Virus record (IMG/VR): IMGVR_UViG_3300037461_001664
Coordinates: 1 to 42,855 of that record
Direction: 5' to 3' (one strand)
Length of the DNA: 42,855 nt
Origin: a virus
Lineage: Duplodnaviria; Caudoviricetes
The translations under genes were made by a program, and so were the position numbers. Numbering within the stretch: position 1 is the stretch's first letter; each line of letters begins with the position of its first letter. Shown here piece after piece: positions 9,342 through 19,306 of this stretch. The notes beneath the pieces were generated by a model. It worked only from the letters and a program-made list of their open reading frames with translations. It had not been told where the DNA came from and searched no databases.

Positions 9342-10995
9342 GCCACTCTCCTGTAAGATAACTCGAATTGAACGATTTGTTGAAGTTCTTGCTTCCCAGC
9401 AAGTTATCATCATAAGAATAATGACTATCCTTGTAAGCCCTGGCATATTCAAATTCACGGTAATGCAGGTGGCTGTTATCCTTATGGATCTCACTCTTCT
9501 TACTGGTCAGGATCACCGGATACAGCCGGTTCAGGATGAATTCATAGACCTCGGAAGAGAGCTCAAACTCACGGAGATACTCAGCATATTCCTTTGTGAT
9601 GAAACCGGTTGATGCCTTATAGACCTGCTGCTCGAAGGCAATGTCATTGCGGATCTGTGGATTAAGTGATGTAAAGTCAAAATCATTCAACGTTTCCACC
9701 ACCGTCCTGGTCAGCTCTGTGGATTTGATGGTCTCACCGGTGCAACGGATGGTATCGAATCCGGATAATGAATTACGGAAGATGAAGATCCTGGCATTGG
9801 TATAAACCTTCCGGTCCAGTTCGAAGAACCTGGAAACAGAGATCTTAGTATCATCCTGATCTTCGATCCATATTTCATACTTTTCAATCTCTTTGTTAGC
9901 GGACTCAGGCAGACTTATGAGATCCAGCTTATTATATGATACCACGCATTCCCACAGACTGTATTGATAGGCTGTCTCTGAGGCTTTAGTGAATGTATGG
10001 GTGGTATCATCGGTGTAATAAATCTTAACCTTTAGGTTGATCTCATCAGTGTCTGCATCCCATACCAGGAAGTAGAGTTTCTCTGGCTGCCTTGGCCATA
10101 CTTTTTTAGTGACCGGCTGCCAGGTTAGAAAGTCTTTATTATATTGCATCATGTCCCAGAAGGAACTGCTGTCCTCATGGTACTTTGCCATCTTGATGAA
10201 GTCAATCCCCCCGGCCAGGATAAAGTTCTTGTTCTCTTCCGTCGAATAGATCCTCCTGGCCAGGCCCTCATAGATCTCCGTGTACCGTATAAAAAATTGC
10301 CTGCACTGGTCTGTACGGTCAATCAGAAAATCTGATAAGGTTTCTGGAAAAAGAAATACCGGTTTGTCCTGCATTTCCGGCTTCAGGTATCCCTTCACAT
10401 CAAAGTCAGCATATCCATCAGTATCTGGTGTTAATCGATCCTCTCCAAGGTAGATGTCTTCCGAAGAATGCCCCAGGAGGGCAAATCCAGACTTCATGAT
10501 CACCCTGGCCAGCAGCTTGTAGTTCTCCCTGAGAATAGGGGTCACCCCTGCAGTATTATCATCTTCGGTGAGATATGTTATATTATTATCACTCAGAGCA
10601 AGGGTATATTCTCCCCCATATTCCTTAGCAGTCAGCTCAATCGAATAGGTAGCCCCAGCCCCTCCGACAATATCGAAATCTCTTGATAACAGGTAATTAC
10701 TTTTCATTGATTCCACAAAGTCAGCTCCCCAAAGATTCAGGTCCTCTCCGGGTGATGCATACCGGATCTGTGAACCACTCTCATCAGGAGAAGCAACAAG
10801 GGTAAAAGTGACTGAGTTTGTCCCCCATGAAAGGGTAAAATGACCAGTTGCTGACCAGATATCAGTTAAGATCAATATAAGGACAGCCTTCACTCCTTCG
10901 GTGGAATACATATTGGTGGTCTTCAGGCTGAAAACCACATCATTATTAGCAAACTCCGCACCTGCAGGATAACTCTCAACAGTTATGTTGGCCAT
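9331..10995 (-). CDS. Tail structural protein, distal-tail-like (554 aa)
   Basis: FIFRNSLSGFDTIRCTG and ASTGFI..LREFELSSEVY resemble Bacteroidota phage tail components; position in tail module. Confidence 0.6.
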   Translation of the reverse strand: MANITVESYPAGAEFANNDVVFSLKTTNMYSTEGVKAVLILILTDIWSATGHFTLSWGTNSVTFTLVASPDESGSQIRYASPGEDLNLWGADFVESMKSNYLLSRDFDIVGGAGATYSIELTAKEYGGEYTLALSDNNITYLTEDDNTAGVTPILRENYKLLARVIMKSGFALLGHSSEDIYLGEDRLTPDTDGYADFDVKGYLKPEMQDKPVFLFPETLSDFLIDRTDQCRQFFIRYTEIYEGLARRIYSTEENKNFILAGGIDFIKMAKYHEDSSSFWDMMQYNKDFLTWQPVTKKVWPRQPEKLYFLVWDADTDEINLKVKIYYTDDTTHTFTKASETAYQYSLWECVVSYNKLDLISLPESANKEIEKYEIWIEDQDDTKISVSRFFELDRKVYTNARIFIFRNSLSGFDTIRCTGETIKSTELTRTVVETLNDFDFTSLNPQIRNDIAFEQQVYKASTGFITKEYAEYLREFELSSEVYEFILNRLYPVILTSKKSEIHKDNSHLHYREFEYARAYKDSHYSYDDNLLGSKNFNKSFNSSYLTGEWHGS

Positions 10996-11126
10996 TTACC
11001 TTTGCGTATTTCTTGTTGTTTTTCGTACTGCTCGGTCTGAATGGTCTTGGACCTGTATCCAATTTTGATACAGAAGCCACCCATTCGGAGCTTCTGTATT
11101 TTCTTAACCAGTTTCTTCGGGTTCAT
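10983..11126 (-). CDS. Small cationic peptide (47 aa; absent from ORF track)
   Basis: MNPKKLVKKIQKLRMGGFCIKIGYRSK...; TGATG-coupled to the upstream gene and fills the gap to the next gene. Confidence 0.55.
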   Translation of the reverse strand: MNPKKLVKKIQKLRMGGFCIKIGYRSKTIQTEQYEKQQEIRKGKWPT

Positions 11127-11485
11127 CAGGCAGCCTTCTTCTTTGCCAGCAAGGAAATAATGACAGCCTTGATCAATTGAAGAGCTGTCAGATATGTCTG
11201 CTGTTCTTCCGGTGTTCCATCAATAATGGGTGTATCAACGGCTTCAGCCAGGAGAACGGATAGCTTATTGGCTGCTGTATCATAATCCTTTTCGATCAGA
11301 GCATGCTCCAGGATCTCATTGATTATGTTATGATATTTTGGATTGATCTTATCCAACAGCCTGTTATCAAGTTGAGGGACACCGATGCTGATGCCAAGAT
11401 CTGATAATGTTTCAGCAATACCATGAAGAGGAACTACATCATCCAGGAATTGCTTTACTGCTTTTTCAACTTTGTCGGTTAACAT
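11126..11485 (-). CDS. Hypothetical helical protein in lysis cassette (119 aa)
   Basis: ORF in the late operon with an AT-rich leader. Confidence 0.7.
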   Translation of the reverse strand: MLTDKVEKAVKQFLDDVVPLHGIAETLSDLGISIGVPQLDNRLLDKINPKYHNIINEILEHALIEKDYDTAANKLSVLLAEAVDTPIIDGTPEEQQTYLTALQLIKAVIISLLAKKKAA

Positions 11486-11496
11486 AATAGTAAGAT

Positions 11497-11757
11497 TTAT
11501 TGGTTTGAAGACTCTTCTTTATTTTCATATGTAGCCAGTTTAGCACCGGCTGATAAGGTTCCGGATGCAGAGGCAATCATACCCAGGATGAAGCTCACCC
11601 ATACCGGGATGGCTATCACGGATGTGGCTATAGAGCTTACCGCTGCAGTGCTCAGCACAAATACCCAGAAGCTTATTTTTGATACCTTCTTCATGAAGGG
11701 AGGTGTGTCCTGGCCGAACCGGCTGACTACCTCATTATTCGTTATCTTCTCAATCAT
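11497..11757 (-). CDS. Holin-like two-TM protein (86 aa)
   Basis: RFGQDTPPFMKKV followed by two hydrophobic helices; ATGA-coupled to the endolysin. Confidence 0.65.
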   Translation of the reverse strand: MIEKITNNEVVSRFGQDTPPFMKKVSKISFWVFVLSTAAVSSIATSVIAIPVWVSFILGMIASASGTLSAGAKLATYENKEESSNQ

Positions 11758-12272
11758 AGGTGTGGAAGGTTTATGTAGTTTGATATGGTACTGGCTATAG
11801 CCTTAAGCTTGGATGCATAATCCGGATCCGTGGCATATCCTGCTTTGGCAATTTCTTCCAGGAACCGGAACGGTTCCTGACTTACCTTCAGGGCCTCATT
11901 GTACCTTGGGTTCGATAGAAAGAAGTTCGCATGATCCAGAAAGCAGTCCTCCGGAGTATGATACTTCCGGAAGTAATCCTTCACTCTGTACTTAAAGTAT
12001 TTCACCCCGTTTCGGTCCACCGGTGTGATGGAGATGATCTCAGGGAATTTAAGGTCAGAACGGCGGCTGTATTCAGTGGTTATCAGCAGCTGCTCATTGC
12101 CATTGACTCCATCGGTATCTTTCACTCCAAAGAACATATTACCGGGTGCCACATCCCCCCAGGCGCTTTCAAGGGCCGCCTGAGCCAGTATAGCCACCGC
12201 ACTGATACCGGTCTTCTCCTGGCATCGTTTGGCATGTGGGTAGAACTGTATGACAAACTCCATTGGTTTCAT
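11754..12272 (-). CDS. Endolysin, GH73/FlgJ glucosaminidase family (172 aa)
   Basis: ILAQAALESAWG, NMFFGVK, FRKY and GYATDPDY motifs. Confidence 0.92.
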   Translation of the reverse strand: MKPMEFVIQFYPHAKRCQEKTGISAVAILAQAALESAWGDVAPGNMFFGVKDTDGVNGNEQLLITTEYSRRSDLKFPEIISITPVDRNGVKYFKYRVKDYFRKYHTPEDCFLDHANFFLSNPRYNEALKVSQEPFRFLEEIAKAGYATDPDYASKLKAIASTISNYINLPHL

Positions 12273-13081
12273 GTGAAGATGTTTTGCCAGAATTGAAACA
12301 ATTTGAATGTCATCCCCTGAGGAAGAAGATTATCATTGACAATCCCATCACTAATCCCCTGGGTGCCGCAGTTGACAATCAGCCAGATCTTATCGGTAGA
12401 ACCATAGCGTCTGATCTTCTTGACCGGAATCCCCTGGATCTTCCACGTGACATCATAAGGAGTCAGCTCGAACTCCAGCCAGGTGAATTCAGCGGTGTAG
12501 TCATAGCAGTCGTTGACCACCCTATTATTGTGCGAATGAACAATCAGACCGGGCTTATAGGTCCAGCCATGATGATCAGCCACATTGATGGTATTGTCTT
12601 CCTCTGCTTTATGTTCATAGTCAAACTCAATCACCCCGCCCTTATAAGGATCAAAGCCCCTGTAAAGCCATACGGCACTACACAGCCCAAGCACATCCGG
12701 CATCCGCACCAGACACCGGTAGATCCCATTGCCATCCAGCAGCATGGACAAAATACCCACTGAGTACTTCACCCAGGGCTTGTTGGGTTCATAATGTTTG
12801 CGTACTTCCATCCGTACTCCATCAGAAGTAAGGATCAGGTTATCATTTTTAGGGATATCCGGAAGGTTATCGGGATCTCCGCCCATATTGACAGGGTACC
12901 AGTGCCATGGGAGATTGGTCCAGGCACCTTTGTTTCCGTCCCAGTAATTAAGCCTGAGGGTGGTAAAATTATCTTCACATACCTTCCTGAGATATTTCCC
13001 TGAAGGATCCGGTACTTTATCCCAGATGGGAAGCTCTGAACGGCGGAAGACCAGTTTCCGGTATGTGTTGGAGATGCTCAT
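12269..13081 (-). CDS. GH16-like glycoside hydrolase (270 aa)
   Basis: CSAVWLY..EFDYEH corresponds to the GH16 PAFWL..ExDxE motif; ELTPYDVTWKIQG resembles the GH16 C-terminal strands. Confidence 0.65.
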   Translation of the reverse strand: MSISNTYRKLVFRRSELPIWDKVPDPSGKYLRKVCEDNFTTLRLNYWDGNKGAWTNLPWHWYPVNMGGDPDNLPDIPKNDNLILTSDGVRMEVRKHYEPNKPWVKYSVGILSMLLDGNGIYRCLVRMPDVLGLCSAVWLYRGFDPYKGGVIEFDYEHKAEEDNTINVADHHGWTYKPGLIVHSHNNRVVNDCYDYTAEFTWLEFELTPYDVTWKIQGIPVKKIRRYGSTDKIWLIVNCGTQGISDGIVNDNLLPQGMTFKLFQFWQNIFT

Positions 13082-13323
13082 ATTTTATAGCGGAAGATTT
13101 TACTCTTGTCATGAAAGAAGATCCTGCGTACAAGCCAGGTGATAAGCCTGACCAGGAATTTTACTGAAAGACCACCAGCAGCTGCTATGGCTGCATAAAT
13201 GAATACCTGAAAGAACTCATTCACCTGGATAATACCCTGAACCCAGATTACTATAAAAGATAATATGCCACTACCCACTGTGGCCAGATTATCAATGAAG
13301 TTGTTCATAGTTATGCTTTTCAT
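13078..13323 (-). CDS. Holin-like two-TM protein (about 81 aa)
   Basis: Likely start 13323 or 13308, just after a late promoter motif; two TM helices and a basic C-terminus. Confidence 0.6.
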   Translation of the reverse strand: MKSITMNNFIDNLATVGSGILSFIVIWVQGIIQVNEFFQVFIYAAIAAAGGLSVKFLVRLITWLVRRIFFHDKSKIFRYKI

Positions 13324-13332
13324 GTTATGGTT

Positions 13333-13367
13333 CAAAAATCCGTCTTTCCCGTCCTGATTAAAAGGAC
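13333..13367 (-). promoter_or_regulatory. Putative late promoter (lysis cassette)
   Basis: GTCCTTT-N20-GATTTTTG. Confidence 0.75.
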
Positions 13368-13372
13368 ATATT

Positions 13373-16300
13373 TTACCGGCTGTTAACCCGGCTCTGTATC
13401 TGATCATACTGATCAAATTTTTCTTTGATCTTAACCCATGGTACCTCCAGTCCATTGCGGTCGATCTGTTCCATGATCTGAGAAAACCTATTGAGTGCCT
13501 CTATGAGCTGGGGATCTGTAAAAGTCTTTTCAATGGTCGTATTGTTATTGGTCACCATTTCAGTATTTCTCTGAGAAGCAGGCTGTGAGATTGTGGTAAT
13601 GAAAGGTACCGGTTGAATGGTCTTTGGATACTTCACTTCCACCTGGGGGAGACTGATAAGGTTCTGCTTAAGTGTGGCTGACATCTCCTGTATCCTGACA
13701 GATTCACTTATAAATGAATCCACCAGCTCATTACGCTGGCTGATAAGTTGCCTTTCGAGTACAATGGAGGCTGTTATTCTTTCACTGGTATTTGTTTCAG
13801 TTCGCTGCGTCTGTTCGAGCTGCTGTTTCCTGTCGATCAGTTGCCTGGTATGCTCTTTGGTAACTTCACTGATCTGTTCTTTCTCCCTGGTTAAAGATTC
13901 AGTCTTAAACTGCTTCTCCGTGGCAAAACCTTCTTTTACTGCCTGGCTGCGTTCTGTCTGCAGATCATGGATCTCTTTGATCTGTTCTTTCTCCTTTATC
14001 AACGATTCCGTCTTGAGCTTTTCAATCTGATCGATCTCATTCCGGAAGAACTCATAGATAGATTCAATCTCTCTGGTATCCACTTTATCTGATACAGAAG
14101 ATATCTTGTCAATAACATATACGTACTTCTGTACTGTGGTATTCTCTTCTATGAGATTCTCTCCCACTCTATAACTGCCATCCTGGGTGAATCCCCCATT
14201 CTGGAATTGTCTGTTGGTCCTGATGGTCTCGATCTCATCCACATACTTACGGACAGTGGGATTTGACTCCAGCAGTTTCCCGGGCACCACATATTCCGGT
14301 TTATTCTCAGCCACCAAAATGGTGGGACCTTTGATCAATCCTCTCTTATCCGGAGCCATCATTGCCCGGTATTGCTTCTTATCATCCTTTCCTTGGACCT
14401 TCACAAACCCGCCTTCCTGCATCTGAGGCAATGGTTCGCTGGCAATGATACCAAGCTGGACAGCTCCAGTAGCTGCTGCTAACGCTGCCAGTACAAAACC
14501 AAGAACTCCACCCGGATCCATAAGCATCTTTACAACTGCTGCAGCTGTATTTACGACGGTGTTAAAGTATGCCTGGGACTTTTCCCGCCGGGCTGCATCT
14601 TGTGCCACCTTGATCCTTCGCGATTCTGTAGCTGCCTCCATTGAGGATATAGCCTGGTCATATTGCTTCTGAGAGATCTCCTGGTTTTTAAGCTGTCTGT
14701 CAAGAATTTGCTTTCTCTTATTGGTATTTGCTTCAAACTCCTGCATTTCAGCCCTGTCTTTATTGGCCCTGATCCTATTAAAGCCAGCCCACATATCTGA
14801 AGCTTCCTGTGCTAATCCAATGGCATACATAAATTTGCCTTCAAAATCTTCCCAGTCCTCCGGAGTCATCCCGAAGATATCCTTCTTCTCTGGCTCTTCT
14901 TTTCCGGATTCGTTGAGTTCTGCCATTGAGATCCCAAGCTCTGAAAGTTTTGCTTTGAGCTCTTCAATCTTGGCCACCAGGTTACCCTTCTCCTCATCCG
15001 TAAGCAACGCTTCCTCAATACTCATATCTGGTATGGAAGCAAACAGGCTGCTTATTACACCCTGATTAAGCTCGGCCTCGTATTGAGAGACTAAAGCCTG
15101 AAGATGCTCTGCCTGTTTCTGCAATTCCTCCCTCCGGTATTGCTCAGTAAGAGCCTTCTTAGCTTCTTCGTTATTGCCAAGGGAGAGCAATTCCTCATTG
15201 TATTTCCTCTCCCTTACGGTCTTCTCGCGATCAAACCGGACAGACATATCGGAGAGGTTATCATTGAACGATTGGTCAGAGATCTCTTTAATGGTTTGCT
15301 GATGTTCACGCTCCAGGATCTCCAGGGCCTGCAGTTCCTCATCGGTCATCTCTTCCAGGTTCTTGCCATACAATCCTGCAGCCTGCAGCCGATCAGCATA
15401 ATCGAGGTTTTCCTTTTCGATAAGCGTCCTGGATCCACGGATGATCTGCTGTCTTACAGCTTCCTGGGACTCAAGGAGACGCTGCTGCTCAGCGGCCTGT
15501 TGTTCGGCCAGGCGCTGTTGCTCGGCTGCTTCTGCCTCAGATTGCCGCCTCCTCTTATCCGCTGCATCCTTTTCCCTGTTTAATCTTTCCTCTTCATTCT
15601 GCTTCCTGATATCAGCAAGCTTATCAAGTTCCTGTTGCGTCAAAGCCCTGACATCTCCTTCACCCTTAACGACTCCTGTTTTTACAGCTTCATAATAATC
15701 GCTTATCTGGCCTTCAGTCAATGGGGCAGGAGGAGAAGGCTTGGGACTTTCGGGTGTCACTCTTTTAGAAGATACCTCATTATATTCGCCTTGTAATTTG
15801 ATCTCTTCTTTTGTTAATTCATTTTGCTCCCTTGTGATCCTCCGTGCCTCTGCCCTGATCCCTAAATTCTGGGTTAGTCCATTTAATTCATCTTCCCTCA
15901 AAGCTCTCAGTTTCTCCTCAAAAGTGGCATCTGCTTTCTTATTTACTACATATTTACCATACAGATTGTTGATCATAACAATGTTCTCAACCTGCTTTTC
16001 ATAGTTCTTCCTTTGTTCCTCGGTCACATCTGCCATCTGTTTCTCATACACAGCATTCTTTACCCGGATATCATATTGTTCATTATAATCCTTTAATCTG
16101 TCGGATAGGTTTTCATAATTAAGGTCCTCAAGGTTCATATTCTGCAGGAAGGCAGGATAAGCTCCCTGGAGTTCTTTTATCAAACGGTTTCTGGTCTCCT
16201 GGTCATTATTAACTGACATTAAGGAATTGACTAATAGATTTAATCCAGCCCGCTCCTGTTCTATTTTTCTTTCAGTTGGTATCTCAAACCATCCAACAAC

Positions 16301-17362
16301 ATCTTCTTTCAGCTGTCTCCACCATGTTGAAAGATTTTTCTGGGTCCTCAGCAGTGACTCTCCTTTTTGGGCAAAGGCTGTCTGAGCATCAGCGCTCTTC
16401 GAATAGATCTGATTCAGGATGTCCAGGGCCCGGGCCTGTTCTTTAGTGACGCCCTCGGTCTCCATCATCACCTTGATCCTGTTGTTGTAATCCTGGGAGC
16501 TTTGGTCTATGACAATACCAAGCTGTTTGATTTGTTCTGCTTCTCCCAGCATGGCCTTGGTGAGGATCTCATTCACCTGGGCTGCTCCAAGGGTTCCCCC
16601 GCTCCATTCATCCAGGGCACCACTGAGATTAGTCAGTTTCACAGAAAGGTCTGCAGAGCGGTCCCTGGCAAAACCCAAAGGGACCAGCAGATCAGCGGTG
16701 CTGGCTGCTGCTTTTATAAATTCATTCCTGGTAAGTCCCAGCTGTTTGGCGTTCTCAGCTGCAGCTTTTGTAACCATCGGAAGGCTATCTCCAAATACAA
16801 TCTTGGCTTTCCGCTCCGTCTGCTCCATAGAGGTTGCAAGGTTGAGGAACTCTTTCCCAAGCTTAACAATGCCTCCAATAAGTGCACTTATACCAAGAGC
16901 GGGCAATAATGCCTTTAATCCTCCGAAAAGGCTGGATGCTTTACTGGTTCCGACATTCAGCTCATTTTGCCGGTCTTTGACAGCCTTTAACTGGTCATTG
17001 TATTTTTTCCATTCCGGTGTGTTTGGAGTAGTGCTATCAATCTGTATCTTTAACCGCCGGTACTCATCCCGGAGCTGTCGCGCTGTCAGACTGTTTATTC
17101 CGATCTCTTTGCGCATCTCACCCATCTTCTCCTTGCTGGCGGCAATGGTGGTATTGTTCTTTTTAAACTGCTGCTCCAGCTCTTTATATTCCTGTGAGTT
17201 CTTCTTCCCTGCAGCCTCAAGCTTTTGCAACTCCACGCGAAGCTCCTTATTGGTCTGTTCCAGGCTCCGGGTGGACTGCTCGAGCTCTCCCAGTGCTTTC
17301 TGGGCAGGATTGCCATTGATCTCAAGTGACCAGCGTAATATGTCATCAGTGAGCTTTGCCAT
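13373..17362 (-). CDS. Tape measure protein (1329 aa)
   Basis: Long coiled coil, hydrophobic segments, AMLGEAEQIKQLGIVI and GPTILVAENKPEYVVP motifs; position. Confidence 0.92.
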   Translation of the reverse strand: MAKLTDDILRWSLEINGNPAQKALGELEQSTRSLEQTNKELRVELQKLEAAGKKNSQEYKELEQQFKKNNTTIAASKEKMGEMRKEIGINSLTARQLRDEYRRLKIQIDSTTPNTPEWKKYNDQLKAVKDRQNELNVGTSKASSLFGGLKALLPALGISALIGGIVKLGKEFLNLATSMEQTERKAKIVFGDSLPMVTKAAAENAKQLGLTRNEFIKAAASTADLLVPLGFARDRSADLSVKLTNLSGALDEWSGGTLGAAQVNEILTKAMLGEAEQIKQLGIVIDQSSQDYNNRIKVMMETEGVTKEQARALDILNQIYSKSADAQTAFAQKGESLLRTQKNLSTWWRQLKEDVVGWFEIPTERKIEQERAGLNLLVNSLMSVNNDQETRNRLIKELQGAYPAFLQNMNLEDLNYENLSDRLKDYNEQYDIRVKNAVYEKQMADVTEEQRKNYEKQVENIVMINNLYGKYVVNKKADATFEEKLRALREDELNGLTQNLGIRAEARRITREQNELTKEEIKLQGEYNEVSSKRVTPESPKPSPPAPLTEGQISDYYEAVKTGVVKGEGDVRALTQQELDKLADIRKQNEEERLNREKDAADKRRRQSEAEAAEQQRLAEQQAAEQQRLLESQEAVRQQIIRGSRTLIEKENLDYADRLQAAGLYGKNLEEMTDEELQALEILEREHQQTIKEISDQSFNDNLSDMSVRFDREKTVRERKYNEELLSLGNNEEAKKALTEQYRREELQKQAEHLQALVSQYEAELNQGVISSLFASIPDMSIEEALLTDEEKGNLVAKIEELKAKLSELGISMAELNESGKEEPEKKDIFGMTPEDWEDFEGKFMYAIGLAQEASDMWAGFNRIRANKDRAEMQEFEANTNKRKQILDRQLKNQEISQKQYDQAISSMEAATESRRIKVAQDAARREKSQAYFNTVVNTAAAVVKMLMDPGGVLGFVLAALAAATGAVQLGIIASEPLPQMQEGGFVKVQGKDDKKQYRAMMAPDKRGLIKGPTILVAENKPEYVVPGKLLESNPTVRKYVDEIETIRTNRQFQNGGFTQDGSYRVGENLIEENTTVQKYVYVIDKISSVSDKVDTREIESIYEFFRNEIDQIEKLKTESLIKEKEQIKEIHDLQTERSQAVKEGFATEKQFKTESLTREKEQISEVTKEHTRQLIDRKQQLEQTQRTETNTSERITASIVLERQLISQRNELVDSFISESVRIQEMSATLKQNLISLPQVEVKYPKTIQPVPFITTISQPASQRNTEMVTNNNTTIEKTFTDPQLIEALNRFSQIMEQIDRNGLEVPWVKIKEKFDQYDQIQSRVNSR

Positions 17363-17760
17363 TATGATTTTGTTTCAATGGTGCCTAACTTACTTAACTC
17401 TTCATTGATGGCCTGCCTGACCTCCCCGGTATAGCCGAACCGTAAGCCCTGCAGCAGTGGCCTGTAAAGATGCCCGAATACTATCTCGTTATATAAATGA
17501 TACTGCTCCCTTCTTTTCCTGATTTTTGGTATGTCAAGAAACCTGAGATATTTAAGGTACCTTACCGTAAGCTTATGGCCTCCTTCTGCATTGTCAATGG
17601 AGAAATGTCCCTGCTGTTGGTTGATGAGCAGATTATAAAGTGCCCTGGAAGAAAACAGATTCCATTCTTCCACAACCTTAGCCTGCTCCGCAGCTATGGC
17701 TTTAGCCTCTTTATCAAGGAGTTTTGATACAAACCGCTGTTTTATTTTATCGCTTATCAT
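17362..17760 (-). CDS. Putative neck/tail completion protein (132 aa)
   Basis: Basic protein with YLRFLD..LYNEIVFG; coupled to the tape measure gene. Confidence 0.55.
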   Translation of the reverse strand: MISDKIKQRFVSKLLDKEAKAIAAEQAKVVEEWNLFSSRALYNLLINQQQGHFSIDNAEGGHKLTVRYLKYLRFLDIPKIRKRREQYHLYNEIVFGHLYRPLLQGLRFGYTGEVRQAINEELSKLGTIETKS

Positions 17761-18308
17761 CAGATCAACTGTATGTTATTTTTTGAAAATGTGACCACCC
17801 ATCCTATGTTCTGATAAAATAATTCCGGGATCACCGGGGATAACTCAATGGTGGAATCCAGGTACCGGTTTATCGGACATGTTACTTCATCGTCGTCCTT
17901 TATGGTCTGAAGGATCTGCATCACCAGGTCAAGGCATGCATCCGATATGATCAACTCTTCAGCTGAATCCCGGCCGGCATTATTGAAAGGTTTTGCCACG
18001 GTGAAGGCCAGGAATAAAGAGCCGTCTCTTACCCTGACATGATCCGGTGCTGAGATCTGTATCCGTCCGTATTCGACAAAAAGAAAATAGTCTTTCATGG
18101 TCCGGACCCTGTTTGTCACAATGGTCTCATCCTGTCCGAAGATGTAGTCCTTGATCTGTGGAAGTAATGGGCTGGTCAGCCCCGACATATAAGTCTTCAG
18201 GGTATCATAGCCTGCCTCCTGGGATGTAGTCCTGGAGAAGTTCTTCATGATCCCGGTGGTATCCGGGAACTTAGCGAAGTATTTGATGATATCTGTGAGG
18301 ATGGTCAT
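17760..18308 (-). CDS. Putative tail terminator-like protein (182 aa)
   Basis: Size, position and C-terminal GWVVTF strand. Confidence 0.5.
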   Translation of the reverse strand: MTILTDIIKYFAKFPDTTGIMKNFSRTTSQEAGYDTLKTYMSGLTSPLLPQIKDYIFGQDETIVTNRVRTMKDYFLFVEYGRIQISAPDHVRVRDGSLFLAFTVAKPFNNAGRDSAEELIISDACLDLVMQILQTIKDDDEVTCPINRYLDSTIELSPVIPELFYQNIGWVVTFSKNNIQLI

Positions 18309-19306
18309 ACCTTGTAGATTAATTCTGATGGGATATTTAATTCACTCGCAATGTCATGATCAGGTTTTTTCTGGGCTTTAAGGCTCCTGATTGAATCCAT
18401 GATCGTTTTCAAAAGCATGTTCAGATAATCCTCCAGCCCCATCTCACTCACCTGCTGTTTGGTGCCATAGCCTTCCTTGCTCAGGTTATAGACAGTGGTG
18501 ACCATCCCCAGGGATATCTTCCCGCTGTTGCTCTCGACCTTCTGAAACAGGTATTTGTAGACCGGATGATTTGCCAGGAATTCCTGAATATTCTGAAAGA
18601 AGAACAATACGGCATGCTTCACGGATTCATCCATTGCAGCCAGTAAGACGGCTTTCTGCTGGCATTCAAATGTTTTATATCTCTCCCTGTCCACCCGGTA
18701 AATGGTGCTCACCAGCCGGTCCAGGTATCGTCTCATCCTGGTCTTTTGAAAAAGCTGGTAATACTCCGAGGCATCGATATATTCCATGGCCTTCAGGTCA
18801 GTCTCTACGATACCAAGGGAATCGATATTGAATGCAGGTCCCAGAAACTTCGTGTGATGGTATTCAAAGAATGGCAATGGATTGCTCTTCATCGAAAAGT
18901 TGACCGATGCAGCATACCGGATCCTGCCACGGATCATCCTAAGCTCACCTTCCCATTTAGGATCTGTTATGTCATGAGGGAAATGAAACTCAAGTAAAGC
19001 CTGAAGTTCAGGACTTAAAACAGAAAGAATGTCTGGATTTTCATAGACCGGTTTCAGAGGGAACTGTATAAGCTCAGACACCAGGTACAGGTTCTCATTG
19101 ATCCTTTCGCGATGAGTGTTGTATCTGCGTGAAGGTTGATACCCGGCAAGCACCTGCAGGAGCTTTAAACGGAAATCCATCAATGGCATCTGTTTCTCCA
19201 TCAGCTTCTGGAGCAGATCCACAGTGGCAATATATTGCCCTGCAGTAAGCTCTTCCCAGAAGGAAGGGATCTCAACGGTCCTGTTATTTGCCTTTACGCT
19301 GATCAT
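18305..19306 (-). CDS. Morphogenesis protein, possibly a tail chaperone (333 aa)
   Basis: N-terminal EIPSFWEELT motif; ATGA-coupled within the neck operon. Confidence 0.55.
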   Translation of the reverse strand: MISVKANNRTVEIPSFWEELTAGQYIATVDLLQKLMEKQMPLMDFRLKLLQVLAGYQPSRRYNTHRERINENLYLVSELIQFPLKPVYENPDILSVLSPELQALLEFHFPHDITDPKWEGELRMIRGRIRYAASVNFSMKSNPLPFFEYHHTKFLGPAFNIDSLGIVETDLKAMEYIDASEYYQLFQKTRMRRYLDRLVSTIYRVDRERYKTFECQQKAVLLAAMDESVKHAVLFFFQNIQEFLANHPVYKYLFQKVESNSGKISLGMVTTVYNLSKEGYGTKQQVSEMGLEDYLNMLLKTIMDSIRSLKAQKKPDHDIASELNIPSELIYKV

